This document shows, in pieces, positions 1-9,629 of a stretch of 64,000 bases of DNA. Position 1 is the first letter of the stretch. Each line of letters begins with the position of its first letter. The stretch spans positions 10,418-74,417 of the forward strand of contig JAGGWS010000038.1 in the NCBI GenBank assembly GCA_021163425.1. The letters are read 5' to 3'. The notes under the pieces are model-generated. The model was not told the origin of the DNA. It did not search any database and saw nothing but the letters and a program-made list of their open reading frames with translations. Made by a program: the position numbers and the translations under genes. This stretch comes from Candidatus Omnitrophota bacterium (lineage in GTDB: Bacteria > Omnitrophota > Gorgyraeia > Duberdicusellales > Duberdicusellaceae).

Positions 1-702
1 TCCTTGATATAAAGCCTTTTTTAAAGAAACATTTTCAGTCAGAGGAATAAACTCCTCCCAAAGAACAGCTTGCTTTTTACTTTCTGAAAGAATTCTGTAT
101 AAATCTAAAACTAAACCATCAGAAATGTCTATCATTGAATTTATCTGGCAATTTTTCACTAACCACCGTGCTTCTTTAATTTTAGGAGAAAACTTAAAAT
201 TCTCTCTATACCCCAGGCCTAAAGCTCCGGTTACAAAAATTCCATCTTTATCTTTTGCTTCTGACCTTAAACTGAGGTTGTTTTTTTCTACATAACCTAT
301 ACACCAGGCATCTAAAAAAATAGTTTTAGCCCTGCTCAAATCCCCTCCCACCAGATTAAAATTAAACTCTTTAGCTATCTCCTCCACTCCTTTTAATATT
401 TCCTTTATTTTAGAAGAATATTTAGGAGGTAAAGCTAAAGAAAGACCTGCGTATTTAGGATAGCCACCCATAGAAGCTACATCACTCAAAACCCTAGCTA
501 ATGCCTTATATCCCAAATCTTTAAATTTTACCTCTCTTATTCTAAAGTGGACATCTTCAATTAACATATCTCCACAAAAAAGAAGAAATTTATCTCCTCT
601 ATCTATAACTGCGCAATCATCTCCCGGTCCTACCTTGACTGTCTTATCTTGAGGAATCTTCTTAAACTCCTTTAATAATTGGGGTTCTTTATGTTTTAAC
701 AT
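1..702 (-). CDS. thiL: Thiamine-monophosphate kinase (3' end runs off the window)
   Basis: Not in the ORF track. Manual translation from ATG at 702 gives MLKHKEPQLLKEF...VGPGDDCAVI...DMLIEDVHF...LSDVASMGG.P...LVGGDLS, matching ThiL motifs; frame appears open to the window edge. Confidence 0.9.
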   Translation of the reverse strand, partial: MLKHKEPQLLKEFKKIPQDKTVKVGPGDDCAVIDRGDKFLLFCGDMLIEDVHFRIREVKFKDLGYKALARVLSDVASMGGYPKYAGLSLALPPKYSSKIKEILKGVEEIAKEFNFNLVGGDLSRAKTIFLDAWCIGYVEKNNLSLRSEAKDKDGIFVTGALGLGYRENFKFSPKIKEARWLVKNCQINSMIDISDGLVLDLYRILSESKKQAVLWEEFIPLTENVSLKKALYQG

Positions 703-1738
703 CTTTAAAGAGTTTTTCTATATTCTTTCCCAAAGGTTGAGCTATTATTCCTTTATCAGTGATAATAGCAGTAATAAGTTCAGGAGGAGTAACATCAAAA
801 GCAGGATTATAGGCTTTAACCTTTTCAGGAGCCACAGATTTACCTCCAAAGGTCTTTACTTCCTGAGGATTTCTTTCTTCTATGGGGATATCCTCTCCTT
901 TATCTAAACTTAAGTCAAAGCTGGAAATTGGCCCAGCTACATAAAAAGGTATTTTGTGATATCTGGCTAAAACTGCTAAATTGTAAGTTCCAATCTTGTT
1001 GGCAGTAAAACCTTTCTTAGTTATCCTGTCAGCACCTACAATAACTTTGGTAATCTTACCCTTAGCCATTAAAGAACCAGCCATATTATCGCAGATTAAA
1101 ATCACCTCAATACCTCGACAAGAAAGCTCCCAACAAGTTAACCTTGCTCCTTGTAAAAGAGGCCTGGTTTCATCAGCATATACTTTTATATTAGGATATT
1201 TTTTATAAGCCTTATATATTATAGATAAAGCTGTTCCTTCTCCTGAAGTAGCCAAGAAACCTGTATTACAATGAGTAAGGATAGAATCTGTGGGTTTAAT
1301 CAATTTTACTCCTGCTTGGGCAATCCTTTCACAAAGCTGAATATCTTCCTTATGAATAGTCTGGGCTTCCTTTTTTATTATCTCTTTAAGACTCTCTACA
1401 TCTTTATCTAAATTCATAAGAACCTTTCTTCTTATCCTCTCCAAAGCCCAGGAAAGATTTACTGCTGTGGGTCGAGAATTTCTTAAATACTCTATATTCT
1501 TATCAAGAATCTTAAGAAAGGTCTGGGTGGATTTTACTTTTAAGTTTTTAATAGAGATAAAAAGACTATAACCGGCAAATACCCCAATCAAAGGAGCCCC
1601 TCTCACTTTCAACCTCTTCAAAGCTAAAAAAGCCTGATTTATATTCTTAATCTCTATATAACATACTTTCTGAGGCAGTTTTTCCTGGTCTAAAATTATC
1701 AGCCTCTCCTTTTTAAAAGAAAGAGAAAAGTGTTTCAT
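689..1738 (-). CDS. mtnA: S-methyl-5-thioribose-1-phosphate isomerase
   Basis: VRGAPLIG, SRPTAVNL, THCNTG, DETRPLLQGARLT, GADRI, NKIGTY, NPAFDVTP motifs. Confidence 0.95.
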   Translation of the reverse strand: MKHFSLSFKKERLIILDQEKLPQKVCYIEIKNINQAFLALKRLKVRGAPLIGVFAGYSLFISIKNLKVKSTQTFLKILDKNIEYLRNSRPTAVNLSWALERIRRKVLMNLDKDVESLKEIIKKEAQTIHKEDIQLCERIAQAGVKLIKPTDSILTHCNTGFLATSGEGTALSIIYKAYKKYPNIKVYADETRPLLQGARLTCWELSCRGIEVILICDNMAGSLMAKGKITKVIVGADRITKKGFTANKIGTYNLAVLARYHKIPFYVAGPISSFDLSLDKGEDIPIEERNPQEVKTFGGKSVAPEKVKAYNPAFDVTPPELITAIITDKGIIAQPLGKNIEKLFKDVKT

Positions 1739-1751
1739 CTCTTCTGCATCC

Positions 1752-1948
1752 TTAAGACTTAAAAATTTTAATTATCTCTATAATTTCTCCCAGTTTCTTA
1801 TCCTGGCTAATTAAATCTGCATATTTTTTATAACTTCCTTGTTAAATTCCTGAGCATAATGAGGGTGAAAACCTAAAGAAAAAAGGGATGTTTCTAACTC
1901 TGAAGAAAAATCAGGAAAAGAAAGGTGGCAATGGCAATCTACTAACAT
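1752..1948 (-). pseudogene. tatD: TatD DNase remnant (internally deleted, frameshifted)
   Basis: Manual translation: MLVDCHCHLSFPDF...SLGFHPH then stop at 1811; a shifted frame gives ...KKLGEI. Lies directly after metG, the usual tatD position. Confidence 0.75.
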
Positions 1949-2036
1949 TATTCAGAATTTAACACTGCCCACTCAGAATTCTCATTAAAATAAATCACAA
2001 TAGCTAAAAAGACTTAATTCAACTATTAAAAACTAC

Positions 2037-3581
2037 TTAGATGTTTTCTATTCTAGGAAAAAGAGGAGGAAGTTTTCTTATCTTTATACCCTCACTGAGA
2101 AGTCCCCATTTTGTCTCTTCAAAAAGATTAGCTCTTCTTAACTCTTTCTCTAAACCTAACTGGATATATATAGATTGAGCTGTGTCGGGAATAAAAGGAT
2201 AAAGATAAACAGCTATTATCCTTATAGCTTCTAACAAAGAATATATAAAATTTTCTAAGACTTCTCTCTTTTTTTCTTTGAATAAAATCCAGGGTTTTCT
2301 TTCTTCTACCGACTTATTGGCAACTTTAACTAACTCCCAGACATTTTCTAAAGCCTGAAAAAAATCTACTCTCTTCATAAAAGTAGTATATTTATCTAAA
2401 AGATTAACCACTACTTCTTTATATTCAGGTAGAGGCTCTCCTCTTGAAGGTATAAATCCGGAAAAATACTTTTCTACCATATTTAAACTTCTAAATACTA
2501 AATTTCCTAAATCGTTGGCTAAATCGCTATTTATCCTCTGAACTAAAGCTCTGGAGGAAAACTTGCCATCTAAACCAAAGGGAACCTCTCTTAAAAGGAA
2601 GAACCTTAAAGCATCTTTATCTACTTCCTTCACTAAATTTAAAGGGTTAACTATGTTTCCTTTAGATTTAGACATCTTTTCTACAACATCTTCCTGTTCA
2701 ATTAGCCACCAGCCATGAGCAAATACACACTGAGGAGGCTCGATATCTAAAGCCCTCAGGATTATCGGCCAATAGATTGCGTGCTGTCTTAAAATATCCT
2801 TACCAATAAAATGGAAATCTGCAGGCCAAAACTTTTTAAATTTACTCTCTTCATAAAAAACTCCTATACTACTTATATAATTTAAAAGAGCATCAAACCA
2901 GACATAGGTCACATAATTAGAATCAAAAGGAAACTCAATCCCCCATTCTAATCTTTGTTTAGGTCGAGAAATACACAAATCATTAAGTTTCTTACTCTTT
3001 AAAAAGGATAAAACCTCATTATACCTTGTTGAAGGCCTTACAAATTCGGGGTTAGACTCTAAATATTCTACTAACCAGCTCTGATAATGAGAGAGCCTAA
3101 AAAAATAATTCTTCTCTTTAATAAAATCTAAGGGCCGGCCACAATCAGGACACTTACCTTCTTTGATATCGGACTTAGCCCAAAAAGATTCACAGGGCAC
3201 ACAATAAAATCCTTCGTAGAGAGAATGATAAATATCTCCCTTCTGATAGAGAATTTCCAGAACTTTCTTCACTACTCTTTCGTGCCGGGCTTCAGTAGTC
3301 CTTATAAAGTCATCGTATTCAATACCTAAAACTTCCCAGAGATGATAGAAATTCTCCACCATCTTATCCACAAATTCTAAAGGAAGCAGCCCTCTTACTT
3401 CTGCTTCCTTCTTTATCTTTTGGCCATGCTCATCAGTTCCGGTTAAAAAATAAACTTCTCTTCCCGTTAATCTGAAAAACTTAGCTAAAACATCTCCAGC
3501 AACATTAGTATAAGCATGACCTATATGAGGAGAAGCATTTACATAGTAAAGAGGAGTGGTGAGGTAAATTTTATCTTTCAA
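2037..3581 (-). CDS. metG: Methionine--tRNA ligase (short form, no C-terminal OB domain)
   Basis: PHIGH, GTDEHG, Zn-knuckle CxxC pairs, YVWFDAL, KMSKS. Confidence 0.97.
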   Translation of the reverse strand: MKDKIYLTTPLYYVNASPHIGHAYTNVAGDVLAKFFRLTGREVYFLTGTDEHGQKIKKEAEVRGLLPLEFVDKMVENFYHLWEVLGIEYDDFIRTTEARHERVVKKVLEILYQKGDIYHSLYEGFYCVPCESFWAKSDIKEGKCPDCGRPLDFIKEKNYFFRLSHYQSWLVEYLESNPEFVRPSTRYNEVLSFLKSKKLNDLCISRPKQRLEWGIEFPFDSNYVTYVWFDALLNYISSIGVFYEESKFKKFWPADFHFIGKDILRQHAIYWPIILRALDIEPPQCVFAHGWWLIEQEDVVEKMSKSKGNIVNPLNLVKEVDKDALRFFLLREVPFGLDGKFSSRALVQRINSDLANDLGNLVFRSLNMVEKYFSGFIPSRGEPLPEYKEVVVNLLDKYTTFMKRVDFFQALENVWELVKVANKSVEERKPWILFKEKKREVLENFIYSLLEAIRIIAVYLYPFIPDTAQSIYIQLGLEKELRRANLFEETKWGLLSEGIKIRKLPPLFPRIENI

Positions 3582-4374
3582 GTTTACTCCTCCTTTCAGG
3601 AAAACTTATTCTTTCAGTGCGGGAATCTTCAAATTCTAAAACTGCCTCTCTCTTTAAGGGATTAATCTCTACAACTTTAGCTTTACCTTGAGAAGTATTA
3701 ATAAACTCACCTACCTTAGGCAGTTTTTTCAAAAGCTCCTTATAAGTGTTATATTCATAATTTAAACAGCACATAAGTCTTCCGCATATACCCGAAATCT
3801 TTGTAGGATTAAGGGGGAGATTCTGTTCTTTAGCCATCTTTATAGTTACTGGTTCAAAACTTCTTAAAAAGGTCGCACAGCATAAAGGTCTTCCACAAGG
3901 ACCTATCCCTCCAAAAATTCTGGCTTCATCTCTTACCCCTACCTGACGCATCTCAATCCGCCTCTTATAAATCTTAGCTAACTCTTTTACTAATTCTCTA
4001 AAATCTATTCTTTCCTCAGCAGTGAAATAAAAAATAATTTTGGACTTATCAAAAGAATATTCAGCATCTATAAGCTTCATAGGTAGTTTAAACTCAGAGA
4101 TTTTTTTCTCGCAAGTCTTAATTGCCCTTTTAGCCCTGACTCTATTATCTTTTACCTGCTTTAAATCATCAAGGCTCATAATTCTTACTATCTTCTTAAA
4201 AGACTGCCAGGACTTTACCGAATCTTCTTCTACCTCAGAAATAACCTGTCCATAATCTAAACCCCTTTCTGCCTCTACAACTACATAATCACCAACATTT
4301 ACTTCCAAGTCTTCACAAATAAAATAACCTGTCAACCCAACCTCTCTTAATCTTACAGCTACTATCTTCTTCAT
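3571..4374 (-). CDS. yaaT: PSP1-domain protein (YaaT/RicT family)
   Basis: RIDFRELVK, RIEMRQVGVRDEA, GPCGRPLCC, KISGICGRLMCCL. Confidence 0.9.
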   Translation of the reverse strand: MKKIVAVRLREVGLTGYFICEDLEVNVGDYVVVEAERGLDYGQVISEVEEDSVKSWQSFKKIVRIMSLDDLKQVKDNRVRAKRAIKTCEKKISEFKLPMKLIDAEYSFDKSKIIFYFTAEERIDFRELVKELAKIYKRRIEMRQVGVRDEARIFGGIGPCGRPLCCATFLRSFEPVTIKMAKEQNLPLNPTKISGICGRLMCCLNYEYNTYKELLKKLPKVGEFINTSQGKAKVVEINPLKREAVLEFEDSRTERISFPERRSKLER

Positions 4375-4376
4375 AA

Positions 4377-5276
4377 TTAAGCTAAGACAGCCCTTATTAA
4401 ATTATTAGCCAGATTAATATTAATATTATCTAAACTCTGATAAATAATAAATAACTCTTTAATTTTTTCCTCTAAATCTCTAAGAGAAAAATTTTGAGAA
4501 TAATTTTTTATCTTAAACTCTAAATCAGAATTTATAATTTTATCTTTGAAGCCGGCTTTAAAAATTAAACAGTCTCTTAAAAAATACATTAACAAAAATA
4601 CAGCCTCTTTCAAAGAATTCCTTTCTTCTTCTTTAAAATCAGAAAACGAACCTTTTAAGAAATTCCTTTTTTCTAAATAAAACTCTCTGTCCTTTAAAAA
4701 AGAAAGTCTGCCGTCAAAAATCTTTAAAAAAAAGTCTGATTCTCTTTCAGGCATCCCAATTTTTAGACTAAGTTTTTTCACCTGGAGAAAACTCAGTTTA
4801 AAATATATCCTCTGAGACCGGGAAATTATGGCAGGAGCAATATTTTGAGGGAGAGCAGTAATTAAAAATATCAAAGTATTAACCGGCGGTTCTTCTAAAG
4901 TCTTAAGTAAGGCTGAAGAAGCTTCGGTTGTTAACTTATCAGCAGAATCAATTATTACTACCTTATAAGGCAAAGAGAAATTTTTAAACTGAATTCTTCT
5001 CTGAATTTCTCTTATCTCATCAATCCCTATAGAGTTTTTAGGATTAACTTCTATTATATCTAAAGATAACCCTTTTAAAATATTAAGACAATTAGAGCAA
5101 TTAAAACAGGGAGGCTGAGAATTTAGACAATTAATAAGAAGAGCTATATACTTGGCAACTTTCTTCTTACCTATACCTTCTTCTCCAATAAAAAGATAGA
5201 GAGAACCTAACCTCTTGTTTTTGTAGAGGAGTTTAAAATAATCTATTATCTTTTTATGCCCTATTATCTCTTCCAT
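4377..5276 (-). CDS. holB: DNA polymerase III delta' subunit
   Basis: YLFIGEEGIGK, Zn-binding Cys cluster, ALLKTLEEPP; tmk-holB-yaaT order. Confidence 0.9.
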   Translation of the reverse strand: MEEIIGHKKIIDYFKLLYKNKRLGSLYLFIGEEGIGKKKVAKYIALLINCLNSQPPCFNCSNCLNILKGLSLDIIEVNPKNSIGIDEIREIQRRIQFKNFSLPYKVVIIDSADKLTTEASSALLKTLEEPPVNTLIFLITALPQNIAPAIISRSQRIYFKLSFLQVKKLSLKIGMPERESDFFLKIFDGRLSFLKDREFYLEKRNFLKGSFSDFKEEERNSLKEAVFLLMYFLRDCLIFKAGFKDKIINSDLEFKIKNYSQNFSLRDLEEKIKELFIIYQSLDNININLANNLIRAVLA

Positions 5277-5887
5277 TTCAAAGCATCTTTTAGATATTCT
5301 ACCATTTTTTTCTGGACATAAGAAATACTCTTAGACTTTATAACCTTTATCCTCTCAGGCTCTCTTTTGGCTAAAAGCTGGTAGCCTCTCTGCAAATCTT
5401 TATGAAATTTAAGAGACCTTTTTTCAATCCTATCTTTCTTCCCTTTAATTCTCTCCAATCCTTTCTGAGGGTCTATAGCCAATACAAAAGTCAAATTCGG
5501 CTTTACCCCCTGAGAAGCAAAATCAACTAAAGGCTTAATCTTATCTATTCCTAATTTTAAAGCATAACCTTGATAAACTAAGGTAGAGTCAGAAAAGCGG
5601 TCAGAAATAACTATATCGGCCTTTTCTAAAGCCAGCTTTAACTTTTCCTCTATAAACTGAGCCCGGGCTGAAAGATAGAGAAAGAGCTCAGCTAAAGGAG
5701 AAATTTCTCCTTGAGAATAAAGCAAGAGCTTTCTTATCTTTTCTCCTAAATAAGTACAACCTGGCTCACGAAAAGTCTCCACTTTAAACCCTTTTTCTCT
5801 TAAAAACTTAGCTAAAAATTTAAGATGAGTAGACTTTCCCGCTCCTTCTCCTCCCTCTAAGCTAATAAAGAAAGCTCTCTTTCTCAT
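5264..5887 (-). CDS. tmk: Thymidylate kinase
   Basis: FISLEGGEGAGKST, REPG, SDRFSDSTLVYQG. Confidence 0.96.
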   Translation of the reverse strand: MRKRAFFISLEGGEGAGKSTHLKFLAKFLREKGFKVETFREPGCTYLGEKIRKLLLYSQGEISPLAELFLYLSARAQFIEEKLKLALEKADIVISDRFSDSTLVYQGYALKLGIDKIKPLVDFASQGVKPNLTFVLAIDPQKGLERIKGKKDRIEKRSLKFHKDLQRGYQLLAKREPERIKVIKSKSISYVQKKMVEYLKDALKWKR

Positions 5888-7302
5888 AAGGCTCTCCAGC
5901 GGGTTTGGCCTGAAGGTAGGTCCTCTAAAACTATCCCTTTTTCTAAAAGTTCTTTTCTTATTCGGTCAGCCTGAGCAAACTTTTTAGCTTTCCGAAGCTG
6001 GATTCTTTCTTTAACTTTTTCTTCTATATAATTTAGAAATTGAGGAGGTAATTGCCTCTCTTCAGGAAAGATAGCAAATATCTCTAATATTTTAAACAAC
6101 AAAGTTTTTACTTCTGAAAAAAAGTCAGGAGCTTCATTTAGATTCTTGTTAACTAATTCTATCAAATCAAATATTAAAGAAAAACCTTTAGGCATATTAA
6201 AATCATCATCCATAAAGTTAATAAACTTCTGATAGAGCTCTTCTACCTGGGGGTAAGAAAATTTTAAAGTTCCCTTTATAGAATAAAGTCTTAATTGCTC
6301 TGTGAAAATTAAAATCCTATCTTTTACTCTTTGAGCTTCTTTAATTTTCTCTTCAGAAAAATCTAAATTATTTCGATAATGGGAAGAAAGGTAAAATATC
6401 TTTAAAACATCTGAAGAATATCTTTTTATAGCATTTCTTAAAGTGAGAAAATTCCCTAAAGACTTGGACATTTTCTCTTTGTTTACAGTGATTAAGCCGT
6501 GATGAAGCCAATAATGAGCAAAATCTTGGGAAGTCTTAGCTTTAGCTTGAGCTATTTCATTCTCGTGGTGAGGAAAAACTAAATCTCTTCCTCCTCCGTG
6601 AATATCAAAAGTCTCGCCTAAATAATTTATAGCCATAACTGAACACTCAATATGCCAGCCCGGTCTTCCTTCTCCCCAGGGAGAAGGCCAACTTACTTCT
6701 CCCTCTTTCTTCTCCTTCCATAAAGCAAAATCCAGAGGGTCTTCTTTGTGAAAATCAGGTTCTATCCTTACAAAATTTAAAAGTTCATCGATATTTTTTC
6801 CGGAAAGCTCACCATAACTTAGGAATTTCCGCTGATACTCTCTTACTCTGAAGTAAACACTCCCTCCCCTCTGATAAGCAAAACCTCTTTCTAAAAGAAC
6901 TTTAACAAAATCTATAATTTGAGGAATATGAGAAGAAGCACAAGGTTCAACATCAGCTTTATTTATTTTAAGAGCTTCTAAATCCTGATAATAACTTTGA
7001 GTATAGTTATCTACTACTTTTCTCCAGGCTTCTTCTATAGTTAAACTTTTCTTTTGAGTTAATTCTTTAGCTTTATTTAATATTTTATCGTCAATATCAG
7101 TTATATTCCTTACAAACTTTACCTTAAATCCTCTAAATTTAAAGTATCTTCTTATCACCTCAAATATATAGAGAGACCTCCCGTGTCCAATATGACAATC
7201 ATCGTAAACAGTAATCCCACAAGTATAAATTTTCACCTCTCCGGGGTTGAGGGGTTTAAATTCCTCCTTCTTCTTAGTGAGAGTATTGTATATTTTTAAC
7301 AT
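5884..7302 (-). CDS. cysS: Cysteine--tRNA ligase
   Basis: [39 protein letters not shown]. Start moved to ATG 7302 (MLKIYNTLT), preceded by AGGA; track start is 7323. Confidence 0.96.
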   Translation of the reverse strand: MLKIYNTLTKKKEEFKPLNPGEVKIYTCGITVYDDCHIGHGRSLYIFEVIRRYFKFRGFKVKFVRNITDIDDKILNKAKELTQKKSLTIEEAWRKVVDNYTQSYYQDLEALKINKADVEPCASSHIPQIIDFVKVLLERGFAYQRGGSVYFRVREYQRKFLSYGELSGKNIDELLNFVRIEPDFHKEDPLDFALWKEKKEGEVSWPSPWGEGRPGWHIECSVMAINYLGETFDIHGGGRDLVFPHHENEIAQAKAKTSQDFAHYWLHHGLITVNKEKMSKSLGNFLTLRNAIKRYSSDVLKIFYLSSHYRNNLDFSEEKIKEAQRVKDRILIFTEQLRLYSIKGTLKFSYPQVEELYQKFINFMDDDFNMPKGFSLIFDLIELVNKNLNEAPDFFSEVKTLLFKILEIFAIFPEERQLPPQFLNYIEEKVKERIQLRKAKKFAQADRIRKELLEKGIVLEDLPSGQTRWRAL

Positions 7303-7338
7303 TTCCTGGCGGTTTAAACTCAAATAAAACTAAGTCAG

Positions 7339-7367
7339 ATTATACCTTCTTTTTAACTGTTAATCAA
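7339..7367 (-). promoter_or_regulatory. Putative sigma70 promoter for cysS operon
   Basis: Minus strand TTGATT-17 nt-TATAAT upstream of cysS. Confidence 0.6.
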
Positions 7368-7475
7368 GTCCCCAAATAATCTCTGATTTCTGAGTTTTAT
7401 TTCCTAAAATAATAGTTGAAGTTAGGCTAAAGATCTAAATATAGATAACTCAGGGAAAAGGTTAAGAGGAAGGGT

Positions 7476-7934
7476 TTAAAAAATAGTTACTACACTTATA
7501 CAAAATATAGCTTCTTTGGATAAAGGAAGCAAGCTCTCTTGAGACTTTATTTTTATGTTTATTTTATCTTTAGAGAGTTTAAGAAGATTCTTAAGGCTCT
7601 CTCTCATCTTATCTTTGTAGGGCTTAAGTCTGGGTTTATCAGAAATTAAAGTAATATCTAAGTTATTAATCTTTTTATTTTTAAGTAAAGATAAAGCCTT
7701 CTTTAAAATAACCTTACTTTCTAAACCTTTATTTTTTTTATCCTGGGGAGGAAAGTAATCTCCAATATCGCCTAATCCTAAAGCCCCTAAAATAGCGTCA
7801 GAAAGAGAATGAAAAACTACATCAGCATCAGATACTCCCGAAAGACCTTTTTTATAAGGAATCTTTACTCCGGCCAAAATAAGCTCTCTTCCTTTAACTA
7901 ACCTATGGACATCAAACCCCAAACCTACTCTCAT
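7476..7934 (-). CDS. ispF: 2-C-methyl-D-erythritol 2,4-cyclodiphosphate synthase
   Basis: MRVGLGFDVH, SDADV..H, DAILGA.GLGDIG..FP. Confidence 0.92.
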   Translation of the reverse strand: MRVGLGFDVHRLVKGRELILAGVKIPYKKGLSGVSDADVVFHSLSDAILGALGLGDIGDYFPPQDKKNKGLESKVILKKALSLLKNKKINNLDITLISDKPRLKPYKDKMRESLKNLLKLSKDKINIKIKSQESLLPLSKEAIFCISVVTIF

Positions 7935-8625
7935 AAAAATCCTTCCTATAAGATAAATAAAGATTGGCTAAAAACAAGTCTTCAGAAGTAGTTATCTTAA
8001 AATTGAAAAAAGAACCAGGAACTACCTTTACTTTTTCTTTAGCCTCTATCAAACAAGCATCGTCATAGACTGGTTTTAACTTAAACTTAGGCTGATTGAT
8101 AACTTTTTTTAAAACTTCCCAGCTAAACCCCTGAGGAGTCTGGATAAGCCAGATTTTTTCTCTCAGCAGAGTCTTCTTAACTATATTTTCCTCGCCTACC
8201 TCTTTCAAAGTATCCTGAATTCTTACTCCCGGTATTACTGCCTTATATTTCTCAAGAGCTTTTAACACCCTGGTAATTAAGTTCTCATCTAAAAAGGGCC
8301 GTGCCGAATCATGGACCAAAAGATACTCAGGGTCAAAATCAATCTCTTTTAAGGCATTCCATACTGAATCTACCCTTTCTCTGCCTCCTTTTACTATCTT
8401 CCTTACTTTCTTAAACTTATATTCCCTTATTAAGGAATAGGCTTTCTCAAAATCCTGAGTTCTCACTACTAAAATTATACTTTCTATCCGGGGATGATAC
8501 TCAAAAGTTCTCAGACTGTAATATAAAAGAGGCCTTCCTCCTAAACTTACAAAAGCTTTAGATGTTTTTCTCTTCAGCCTCTTACCCTTACCTGCTCCTA
8601 AGATAATTGCAGTAATTTCACCCAT
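7912..8625 (-). CDS. ispD: 2-C-methyl-D-erythritol 4-phosphate cytidylyltransferase
   Basis: GAGKGKRL, GG.ER.DSV, VHDSARPF, QTPQGF, NFKITT.EDL. Confidence 0.95.
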   Translation of the reverse strand: MGEITAIILGAGKGKRLKRKTSKAFVSLGGRPLLYYSLRTFEYHPRIESIILVVRTQDFEKAYSLIREYKFKKVRKIVKGGRERVDSVWNALKEIDFDPEYLLVHDSARPFLDENLITRVLKALEKYKAVIPGVRIQDTLKEVGEENIVKKTLLREKIWLIQTPQGFSWEVLKKVINQPKFKLKPVYDDACLIEAKEKVKVVPGSFFNFKITTSEDLFLANLYLSYRKDFYESRFGV

Positions 8626-8633
8626 AACTTATC

Positions 8634-9617
8634 TTAAGAAGCTACCTTAGTAAAGATTATCCTTCCACTGGGATTTTGTAAAATTGAAGTCACCTCTACT
8701 TTAACGGTCTTACCAATCAACCAGCGAGCATTCTCCACAACCACCATAGTTCCATCTTCTAAATATCCTACTGCCTGATTGTACTCTTTACCCTCTCTTA
8801 AGAGCTTTAAGGAAAATTTTTCTCCGGGAAGAAGAACTGGCCTCAAAGCTTCTGACAACTCATTAATATTTAAAACTTTAACTTTCTGAAGAGTAGCTAC
8901 TCTATTTAAATTGTAATCAGTGGTCATAATCTTAGCATCTAAGAGTTGGGCTAACTTTACCAATTTAGCATCAGTATCTAACTTTCCTTCGAGTTCCTGC
9001 TCGTGAATTCTCAGCTCTACTCCAGGAAGAGACTGGAGTGCTTTTAAAATTTCTAAGCCCCGTTGGCCCCTCTGTCTTTTTATGGGATCCTGAGAATCAG
9101 AAATAGTTTGTAACTCTTTAAGAATAAAACGGGGAACAAATATCCTGGCTTCAATAAAACCTGTCTTTATAATATCTACTATCCGGCCATCAATAATAAC
9201 ACTGGTATCTAAGAGAATTATCTCCTGATACTCTTGCTGTCTCTTAAGTCTTACATAAGGAATTACTAAATGAAACTCATCCTGTCCCCTTAAACCCAAG
9301 ACTAAACCAATATAAGCAAATACTATAACAAAAACAGTATTTAAACTCTCCACCACTGCCTCATCTTTTATAGGAAGAAAATCTACAATCCCGCTTAATA
9401 TTTTAGCCATTAAAATACCCAGGAGAAAACCAAAAACTGCTGAAGAAAGCCCCCTCAGAGAAATCTTCTTGGTTAAAGCCTCAAAAAAAGCTACAAAAGA
9501 AGAAATAATAAAACCTAAAATTATTCCTAAGATTGGGTTATCAAAATTTAACCCTATCTGATAACCTATTACCAGAGAAACAGCAATAAAAAATACTCTT
9601 ACTAACCACAAACCCAT
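8634..9617 (-). CDS. Membrane PIN/TRAM domain protein (YacL family)
   Basis: N-terminal TM helices, LLDTSVIIDGRI, TTDYNLN.VA, GYLEDGTMVVVE; between radA and ispD as in Bacillus. Confidence 0.9.
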   Translation of the reverse strand: MGLWLVRVFFIAVSLVIGYQIGLNFDNPILGIILGFIISSFVAFFEALTKKISLRGLSSAVFGFLLGILMAKILSGIVDFLPIKDEAVVESLNTVFVIVFAYIGLVLGLRGQDEFHLVIPYVRLKRQQEYQEIILLDTSVIIDGRIVDIIKTGFIEARIFVPRFILKELQTISDSQDPIKRQRGQRGLEILKALQSLPGVELRIHEQELEGKLDTDAKLVKLAQLLDAKIMTTDYNLNRVATLQKVKVLNINELSEALRPVLLPGEKFSLKLLREGKEYNQAVGYLEDGTMVVVENARWLIGKTVKVEVTSILQNPSGRIIFTKVAS

Positions 9618-9629
9618 ATTAAAACCCCC

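Noticed and set aside
7912-7945. Possible frameshifted ispDF fusion (removing one T from a T5 run would fuse the frames)
   Set aside because: ispF has its own RBS-like AGGAAGGA just upstream of its ATG, and short overlaps are the norm in this window.
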